Shown here: positions 58,201-64,000 of the stretch, piece after piece
Layout of the letters: every line of letters begins with the position of its first letter
Position numbering within the stretch: position 1 is the first letter of the stretch
Assembly (NCBI RefSeq): GCF_041740695.1
Contig: NZ_JBGSLK010000006.1
Span: 23,639 to 87,638, forward strand
DNA length: 64,000 bases
Reading direction: 5' to 3'
Source of the DNA: Haliscomenobacter sp.
GTDB lineage: Bacteria; Bacteroidota; Bacteroidia; Chitinophagales; Saprospiraceae
Notes under the pieces: generated by a model
The model's database searches: none
What the model was told of the DNA's origin: nothing
The model's input: the letters and a program-made list of their open reading frames with translations, nothing else
Translations under genes and position numbers: made by a program

Positions 58201-61200
58201 TATTGGGTATTTAAACCAGTTCCAATGTCTTGTCCCGTTTCATCTATGGTCCAGCTTTGACTAGTGGTGCCTGGCTCCGTCAAAGTAAATTGGAACCCTT
58301 GATTAGGGACGTAACGATAAACGATGGGGGTGCAATCCAGAGGGTTACACAACCAAATACTCCGGCAACAAATGTACCAGCGGCCATTCCAAAAATAACG
58401 TACAGATATTGTTCTACGAATACATGTTCCCGGAACAGGCAACAAGGATGATGCATTGCCAGTTCCAAGATTTTGACCAGTATCATCCACAATCCAGCTG
58501 ATGTTGCTCGCACCTGGTTTGTTTAAGTCAAATTGATATCCACTGGATTCGACGTTTGATACGAAGCGATAGTCAAAGTCGTAGCAATCAAAAGGATTAC
58601 ACAACCAGATGGTCCGGCAGCAAATGTACCATCGGCCATTCCAATAGTATTTGACGGTGATGGTGCGGAAAACGCAAGTACCAGGTCGTGGCAGTAAATT
58701 TGAGGTTGAGCCGCTGCCCAAGCCTTGGCCTGTATCATCTACAATCCAGCTGATGTTGCTGGCTCCGGTACGATTGAGCCGAAACTGGAACCCATCAGAA
58801 GTTTGACTGTACAAATAATCGAAATCAAAACATTCAAAAGGGTTGCTGACATAGACGTTGTAACAGCAGTATTCTAAACAACCGCTGGCATTGATGTATG
58901 GAAAACAAACTTCATAGTTGCCAACAGAAGGAAAAGTATACTCGAAATTATTGCCAGTCGCGTAGCTGATTTCTTGGTTGTTGACCAACCATCTTCGACC
59001 TGGAGCTATACTTTGGGTACTGCTAAAGGCAAATTTCAAACTTCCTCCCGTACCAGTATAACGGTAGGAAATTGAACCACAATTGTAGTTTTTTTGAGCT
59101 TGTTCACAACAATTAACAGAAAGCTGAAAAGCACCTGCGGAGCTGACAAATTGGCCATCTACTACAATGTAATAAGTACCTGGATCAAGGGTTATTGTAA
59201 TGGCCTCCTGGTTAGTGGTGCGATTGTCCGAAGAACTTTCGGCAACACATTGACTTGTAGCGCCAAATTGAATATTGTTACATTCTCTCAATAAAAAAAG
59301 GTCCAGATCCAACCCTAAAGTTTGGATGGCCATATTGATGGTAACTGGAGTACGTTGGCTCAACGTAAACTTATAGGCTTTTTCTGGCCCAACAAAAGTC
59401 GATGCAGTAAGACAATTGTAGGAACTAAGAATGTTTGTTTCAGCAACAGTAGATCCACTCAAGGTAGTTCCACAATTTATCGGAGTTGCTTTTTCACAAA
59501 TACTCCCGTTTTGCCCACAACTTACGGAGATCTGGAAGGCCCCCATCGAAGTGGTAAATTGCCCATCAACGATGATGTAATAGGTTCCAGGATCGAGGAT
59601 TCGAGTGATGTTTTCCCGATTGGAAATGCGATTGTCCGATGAACTTTCGGCAATACAGATGTCACCTGAAACTTTGAAAACGTCATTCTCTCCTGAAAAA
59701 TAGTTACAAACATCACCTAAAAGGAACAAATCAAGATCTAAACCTGCATTTTGGATGGCTAGGTCAATACTTACCGAAGTCCGCTGGGTTAAGACCAATT
59801 TGTATACCTTTTCAGGACCCAATAGGGTAAATCCTCCTAAACAGTCGTATTCCCGGAGCAAATTACTCTCGTTGACTGTAGTGCCGTTTAAGGTGTTGCC
59901 ACAACTGATGGGCATTGCCTTAGAACAAATACTTCCACCTTCATTGCCTCCACAAACCAGTGATAGCTGGAATGCACCTTGGGAGTAAGAAAATTGCCCG
60001 TCAATAACAATGTAATAGGTGCCAGGGCCTAAGGTTTTAGTAATATTCTCGCGGTTGGAACTGCGATTGTCCGAAGAACTCTCAGCAATGCAGATGTCAC
60101 CGGAAACTTTAAAAACATCATTCTCTCCTGAAAAATAGTTACAAACATCTCCCATTAAAAATAAATCCAAATCAAGACCGGAGGTTTGAATGGCCAAAGC
60201 GATTGAAACTGTTGTGGTTTGAGTTAAAGTGAATTTATACACTTTCTCTGGGCCAACTAAAGTAAACCCACCCAAACAGTCATAATTTTGCAGTTGATTG
60301 GTTCCGCCTACAGTTGTGCTATTGACCGTATTGCCACAACTGATGGGAACGGCTTTGGAACAAATACTCCCGCCACCTTCTCCACCGCCTCCGGTATTGC
60401 CACAATTTAAAGACAATTGGAAGGAACCCCTGGAGGTAGAAAATTGACCATCAATGACGATATAATAAGTACCTGGGTTTAAGGTTTTTGAAATAACCTC
60501 TTTATTGGACAATCGGTTATCACTTGAACTTTCAGCAATACATGAATTGTTACCACACCCGGAAAGCAAAAAAAGATCAAGGTCAAGACCTTGAGCCAGT
60601 ATACTCATGTCCAAAGTTACCGTAGTCGTTTGGCTGAGTGTAAAGGAATAAACCTTTTCTGGGCCAACTAAAGTAGACGCTGTTAAACAATTGTAGCTGC
60701 TTATGATATTGGTTTCGGAATTGGTACTGCCAGAAGTAGTACTCCCACAATTGATAGGAGTGGCTTTTTCACAAATATTACTCGGAGAACCCCCTCCTCC
60801 TTCGCCACCCCCGCCAGTGTTTACATTGCTGCAGCTCAACGACAATTGAAAGGAGCCTCTGGAAGTGCTATATTGACCGTCTACCACAATGTAATAAGTT
60901 CCTTCTTCCAGATAAGTGCTGATGTTTTCCAGATTGGAACTGCGATTGTCTGCACTACTTTCAGCAACACAATTACGGACTTCCCCGCTGCAGCCATCAA
61001 ATATAAATACATCCAAATCAAGCCCTAATGCCTGGATAGCCATTCTGACATTAACCGTCGTTGCTTGGCTAAGGGTAAAAGAATATACTTTGTCTGGACC
61101 GACTAAACTAGAAGGTAAACAATTGTAACTGGATATCGAATTTGTTTCCGAAGAAGTACTGCTATTTATGGTGTTCCCACAACTAATCGGGATAGCCTTT

Positions 61201-61628
61201 GTACACAAACCTTCAAATATAATCCCTTCCTCATCTACGACAACATATTGTGGGGATTCCAAATTTATTCCATTTGTCCGGATTTCATATTCCCCAGGAT
61301 CATTTACCCTTAGCTTTGTTGAGGTTTCAAAGGGTACTAAAGCTTGTGTACAAATGGTATTCGTTGTACGACTAACCGCTACATCAAGATCAATGTACCT
61401 TCCACTTACACTTACTTTTGTAATGGTGGCACCAGTGTAACAACCGTTGGGAAAGTAACCCTTTAAGGTTATGCTGAAATCCCGAACAACCAAAGGTGTG
61501 CCAGGATCAACAATAACCTCGGTGACTGTCTGTGCCCCGGTCAAATTAATGATGGACATGAATGACCATACCAAGAGGAAAAGTCTAAGCATAATGTTTG
61601 TTTTTAGCATTGTTATTTTGTGGGTCAA
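55257..61628 (-). CDS. giant (2123 aa) secreted protein with PPC-like repeats, Cys-rich repeats, a BACON/Ig-like domain and a T9SS type-A C-terminal sorting domain
   Basis: It has a signal peptide. There are six repeats of about 125 aa ('YNCL...LVGPEKVY.FTL.Q.T.V.....I...GLDLDLFL......C.AESS.DNR.SN.E.I...L.PGTYYIVIDGQF..S.G.FQLS..C'). There are about eight repeats of about 90 aa ('CNPF.C....Y.......GYQF.L..PG..N.SW...DTGQ.LG.G.......P.....C..RTISVRY...G.WY.CC..I.LC'). The C-terminal Por-secretion CTD is '...GVYLVKVTFADYSQTHRLIIQ'. Confidence 0.75.
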   Translation of the reverse strand: MTHKITMLKTNIMLRLFLLVWSFMSIINLTGAQTVTEVIVDPGTPLVVRDFSITLKGYFPNGCYTGATITKVSVSGRYIDLDVAVSRTTNTICTQALVPFETSTKLRVNDPGEYEIRTNGINLESPQYVVVDEEGIIFEGLCTKAIPISCGNTINSSTSSETNSISSYNCLPSSLVGPDKVYSFTLSQATTVNVRMAIQALGLDLDVFIFDGCSGEVRNCVAESSADNRSSNLENISTYLEEGTYYIVVDGQYSTSRGSFQLSLSCSNVNTGGGGEGGGGSPSNICEKATPINCGSTTSGSTNSETNIISSYNCLTASTLVGPEKVYSFTLSQTTTVTLDMSILAQGLDLDLFLLSGCGNNSCIAESSSDNRLSNKEVISKTLNPGTYYIVIDGQFSTSRGSFQLSLNCGNTGGGGEGGGSICSKAVPISCGNTVNSTTVGGTNQLQNYDCLGGFTLVGPEKVYKFTLTQTTTVSIALAIQTSGLDLDLFLMGDVCNYFSGENDVFKVSGDICIAESSSDNRSSNRENITKTLGPGTYYIVIDGQFSYSQGAFQLSLVCGGNEGGSICSKAMPISCGNTLNGTTVNESNLLREYDCLGGFTLLGPEKVYKLVLTQRTSVSIDLAIQNAGLDLDLFLLGDVCNYFSGENDVFKVSGDICIAESSSDNRISNRENITRILDPGTYYIIVDGQFTTSMGAFQISVSCGQNGSICEKATPINCGTTLSGSTVAETNILSSYNCLTASTFVGPEKAYKFTLSQRTPVTINMAIQTLGLDLDLFLLRECNNIQFGATSQCVAESSSDNRTTNQEAITITLDPGTYYIVVDGQFVSSAGAFQLSVNCCEQAQKNYNCGSISYRYTGTGGSLKFAFSSTQSIAPGRRWLVNNQEISYATGNNFEYTFPSVGNYEVCFPYINASGCLEYCCYNVYVSNPFECFDFDYLYSQTSDGFQFRLNRTGASNISWIVDDTGQGLGSGSTSNLLPRPGTCVFRTITVKYYWNGRWYICCRTIWLCNPFDCYDFDYRFVSNVESSGYQFDLNKPGASNISWIVDDTGQNLGTGNASSLLPVPGTCIRRTISVRYFWNGRWYICCRSIWLCNPLDCTPIVYRYVPNQGFQFTLTEPGTTSQSWTIDETGQDIGTGLNTQYVRPPSNCVNYTISVRYFKNGIWYFCCLRIRLCDPLSCNVIRYVTQSNGYELTLDDTNAEQISWLDDDNNSQVLVTGTPTTVVPLPTPCRDRLISVRYYDPISRTWRYCCVLIKCGTPPPSCTNDNCNLIAYRYFENTGFQFTLSQAGASNISWSVLETGQQLGTGVTIGGLRPLADCQVRTFVVQYTLNGQVYTCCRKIWLCNPFNCNPIIYKYSEQGYQFTLDEPGTSNQTWTIDETNEDIGEGLISTFVRPPSNGNCITRTISVRYYKNGTWYFCCQRIVICDPFNCQSLVYNVTGSNYELSLDDGNANQIVWLDDNNNGAVLNQNVRVISVPAPTPCVDRIISVRYYDPISQTWRYCCVRIPCGQQSCQLSVSPSTLNFSKTGGEQTVTVTANSTWNVATPSVSWLRVTTLLGTNLLRIQVDPNNSTQARSGTVSLSCSGNRVSIQINQEAGGSGGTGGGTPPWGEPTSSLLSHTVAVLRNVDAEVGGNPLQVGDYFGFFYKASNGTLVIAGKKIWEDKNTLITVNGDDPSTPNEQEGFKDGEVLVLKVWRAADQQVYDVNADYLSIGTAIGNAFVDATDKFKNQALSAIGKLRSGNNATHDILLKKGWNLISSKVTPQAPDMEVVFQPIIDQIQLVKSISASFVPGFSNDLGNWDILQGYFVKAKNDVTLSIPGSRIDPNQVSIPLREGWQIVPYFCDVNRPVGEIFSDPALGITAVKSLTNTYIPGFSSPDEICMQPGQAFQVQIRNGTKRQLLLNCGGATCTALRDPIVPELRGDEAQVITAHNASILFYKELLTQLPIESVVKVWDKQGVLRGQQTFTGQNLQVIIWGDDPYTREKDGLWENEAFEVHFVTPDGSTLKLEDLNVSLPSLTYRTNDLIWAKTSRVSLPLLRSKVLLAPNPTQESTWLHLDLIQSSQVIIAVTDVQGRLIRPELKLKLDKGRHKEELQLADINPGVYLVKVTFADYSQTHRLIIQ

Positions 61629-62179
61629 CTTATTTCTGCAAATCGCTTTACTTGCAGCTTTTCTTTGATCCTTCGTTTGTGGGTGTTTACTGTATTTGTT
61701 GAGATGAATAAGCGCTCGGAGATTTGTTTGCTACTCAATCCTCTTCGAATCAACTGCACGATTTCTTGCTCACGAAGGCTCAGCTGTTTTAGTTTATCCT
61801 GGATGTTTTTTTTGGATAAATTATTCAGATTGAGTTGAATAAGCCGCAGCGTGGCGATCATTTGTGCTTCGGTAATTGGATCAATGAGTATGGCTTCAGG
61901 TTGAGTTATCCAGGCCTTATCCAGGGCATCCAGATTGAGATCACTTGAATAATACAACAAGCGGAACGAAATGTGATCCTGCAAATCCTGGATCCATTTA
62001 CTGTATTTCAAATCTATTGGTAATGGTGCTACCAATAAATCGGGCTGTCGCTCCTGCCAAGTTTCGGTGTCTTGGAGTTGCTCAATCGGAGCTTCCCAAA
62101 ACATCTTACTATGGCTCTTTAGCAAAACTTTCCAATTGGAATGAAATTCCACCGAGGCATTAAGCATTAATATTCGCAT
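61625..62179 (-). CDS. LuxR/GerE-family HTH transcriptional regulator with an atypical N-terminal domain
   Basis: The C-terminal HTH is 'LSLREQEIVQLIRRGLSSKQISERLFISTNTVNTHKRRIKEKL'. Its stop overlaps the start of the giant cargo gene by 4 nt. Confidence 0.65.
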   Translation of the reverse strand: MRILMLNASVEFHSNWKVLLKSHSKMFWEAPIEQLQDTETWQERQPDLLVAPLPIDLKYSKWIQDLQDHISFRLLYYSSDLNLDALDKAWITQPEAILIDPITEAQMIATLRLIQLNLNNLSKKNIQDKLKQLSLREQEIVQLIRRGLSSKQISERLFISTNTVNTHKRRIKEKLQVKRFAEIS

Positions 62180-62517
62180 AAGAATGAGGTGCGATCGTTG
62201 GAAACGACTGCAATAATTATTTTGTTAGTAAATTTTAAGTATTGACAATTAGTTTGTTAATCTTTGGTGTGTTAGACTTTGGTTTTAAAAATTCTACCTT
62301 ACTCAAGATCGAGATGTAAGATTAATGGGAAATTACAGGAATATTATTTTTGGGATATACAATAATTAGAGTCAATACATAATGGTAAAACTACAATGTT
62401 CAATTTACACCGTTTGTCACTATTTTTGGTGAATTTGAATGAATTAAAATTAAAATAATTTTTGAGGGTTTATAGAGACGAGGCTTAGCTCGCCTCCATA
62501 AATTTCCATGGGACCAA

Positions 62518-63966
62518 TCAATGACTAATGATCATTGATTTAGACTCAATAACCCCTTCTCCTTGTATCCGATAATAATAGAGCCCAGGAACCATGGTTG
62601 ATGGCGTGAGAAAATCCCAACGGTTAAGCCCCTTTGAGAACTCTCCTTGATCATGATGGACTTTGCGCCCTTGAGTGTCGAATATCTGGAGATCAATTTT
62701 CATTGATTCAGGTAAGTCGAACACAATTGCAGTCTGTTGATTAAAAGGATTAGGGGTGTTGTGTAAATTGACTCGTGTGGTACCGACTTGATTTTTACTT
62801 TTATAGCCTGTTAGCTCATTCAAGCTTGGTTTATCTCCTGGAGTAGCACTAAGTTCCTCAAAAGCAACGCCCTCGACATAGTTGCCACAATTCACACTGA
62901 GATTGAAGGCACCCTCTTCAGTACTATTATACCCGTCGATGACGATATAGTAGGTGCCTGGAGATACCTGTACCCGAATCCGTTCATTGTAATTGTACCC
63001 ATTGGTACTAGAGGCTACACAGCGTGGGGTAGGCTGACAAGCGGTCAAAAGAAACATATCCAAATCACGACTATGGCCATAAAGTTGCAAGTCGAGTATC
63101 GAAGTGGAATTTACTTGGACTTTATATACCAGTTCACGGGCATTAAAGCTGCTTCTTGAGGCGTAACAATTTTGATAACTATTGATAGTAAATTGTGCCG
63201 TGCCATTCATGGTATTGCCACTTACTGTGCGACCACAGGTGATTGGGATGGCTTGAGGGCAGGTTTCGGTTTGGGCAGTTTCACATTCCAGATGCAGTAA
63301 GAAACTACTTTCCTCCCCGGCACGATACCCATCTACTACTACATAATAGGTCCCAGCAGAAAGATTTGCGCTGATGATTTCAGCATTGGTACTGCCATTG
63401 ATGCTGTAAGCTATACAACTGGCCGGATTACATGAACTCAACAAGAACATATCAATATCCTCAGAAAGTCGACTCAACCGTAGATTGACCTTGGTGCTGC
63501 GTGGGAGTGTAAATTTGTAGAGCTTGTCATTGCCATTGAAACTGTAGTCATCATAACAACTACGGTAATCTGTGGAGGTAAAATTGTTGCTTTCCCCTAC
63601 TGTGCTCCCCGACACGGGTACATCACATTGCAAAGCAGTAGCCCTTTCACATGGTTGAAGACTGGGGCCTCCAGTGCTTTGTTCGCTTACACAGGCATCA
63701 ATTAGTGCATAATTGTAGGTGTCGCTTCCCCAAAAATTGATGGCACCGAGGCCCTTTGTTATATTGGACGATCCGGCACTATAACGCCAGGAGTGGATGC
63801 TTACTCCATTGATCGACATGGTGACCAAATCTCGATTTAAGTCAACGATGAATTTCATCGGAACCCTTGAAAATGTGCCATAACCTTGACCGACAATGGG
63901 CTGGAAAGAGAAATTTTTTATGGTGTTTTGATTGACTCGAATGGAACCTGTGTTGTTTTCGGTCAA
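62518..63966 (-). CDS. secreted protein with PPC-like repeats and a T9SS type-A CTD; the N-terminus may extend beyond the window
   Basis: It has two repeats of about 125 aa paralogous to those in 55257-61628 ('...DIDMFLLSSC.P.SC.A.S.NG...E.I...L..GTYY.V.DGY......F.L...C'). The CTD is '...GLYYYRIQGEGVIESKSMIISH'. The frame is still open near 64000. Confidence 0.6.
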   Translation of the reverse strand: MTENNTGSIRVNQNTIKNFSFQPIVGQGYGTFSRVPMKFIVDLNRDLVTMSINGVSIHSWRYSAGSSNITKGLGAINFWGSDTYNYALIDACVSEQSTGGPSLQPCERATALQCDVPVSGSTVGESNNFTSTDYRSCYDDYSFNGNDKLYKFTLPRSTKVNLRLSRLSEDIDMFLLSSCNPASCIAYSINGSTNAEIISANLSAGTYYVVVDGYRAGEESSFLLHLECETAQTETCPQAIPITCGRTVSGNTMNGTAQFTINSYQNCYASRSSFNARELVYKVQVNSTSILDLQLYGHSRDLDMFLLTACQPTPRCVASSTNGYNYNERIRVQVSPGTYYIVIDGYNSTEEGAFNLSVNCGNYVEGVAFEELSATPGDKPSLNELTGYKSKNQVGTTRVNLHNTPNPFNQQTAIVFDLPESMKIDLQIFDTQGRKVHHDQGEFSKGLNRWDFLTPSTMVPGLYYYRIQGEGVIESKSMIISH

Positions 63967-64000
63967 AAAGACTTCAAATGCCCAATTTCCGGGGGCATTG

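Noticed and set aside
1-64000. tRNA, rRNA or CRISPR features
   Set aside because: I scanned by eye for the conserved T-arm (GGTTCGAATCC-like) and for regularly spaced short direct repeats, and recognised neither. All repeats found are palindromic or dispersed rather than spacer-interleaved arrays. An eye scan would miss anything that departs from the consensus.

Overview
This 64 kb window reads as a chromosomal segment of a Bacteroidota (Bacteroidetes) genome with about 48-50% GC. I infer the phylum from the gene content: SusC/SusD, PorP/SprF, T9SS C-terminal sorting domains, and a Na+-NQR operon beside an sdhCAB operon with a b558-type cytochrome.

The backbone is housekeeping:
- sdhCAB (20018-23827)
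- nqrABCDEF (36244-42337)
- RNase R
- an aldo/keto reductase
- a NUDIX hydrolase
- an ECF sigma factor with a partner protein
- a flotillin
- a SusC/SusD pair
- a GT9 heptosyltransferase-like gene

Between these sit accessory features:
1. Two T9SS cargo clusters. A PorP/SprF gene with an OmpA/TPR/PD40 protein lies at 1.9-5.6 kb. At 50.7-64 kb there is a PorP/SprF gene, a 1191-aa Ig-repeat protein with a type-B CTD, a 2123-aa Cys-rich-repeat/PPC-repeat giant protein with a type-A CTD, a LuxR-type regulator, and another PPC-repeat cargo running off the window end.
2. A PIN-domain (VapC-like) toxin-antitoxin pair.
3. An AT-rich three-gene islet at 33.1-36.1 kb between the flotillin gene and nqr. 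It encodes a MoxR-like AAA+ ATPase, an ABC/SMC-like ATPase (PtuA-like) and an HNH nuclease that I read as TIGR02646-like (PtuB-like); that family call is unverified. This looks like a Septu-type anti-phage system with an extra MoxR ATPase. A 30-bp perfect inverted repeat precedes it.
4. Several repeat families. There are long perfect inverted repeats at 10.3 kb and 36.0 kb. There is a MITE-like family with conserved CTTGTTTAAGTTTTT termini. There are REP-like CCCACGAATTTATTCGTGGG palindromes and a GC-rich palindromic cluster.
5. A duplicated noncoding element of about 400 bp, each copy ending in a strong intrinsic terminator on the minus strand. The two copies flank a frameshifted AlbA_2/HATPase-type (RecG-like) regulator gene.

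I recognised no tRNA genes, rRNA genes or CRISPR arrays.
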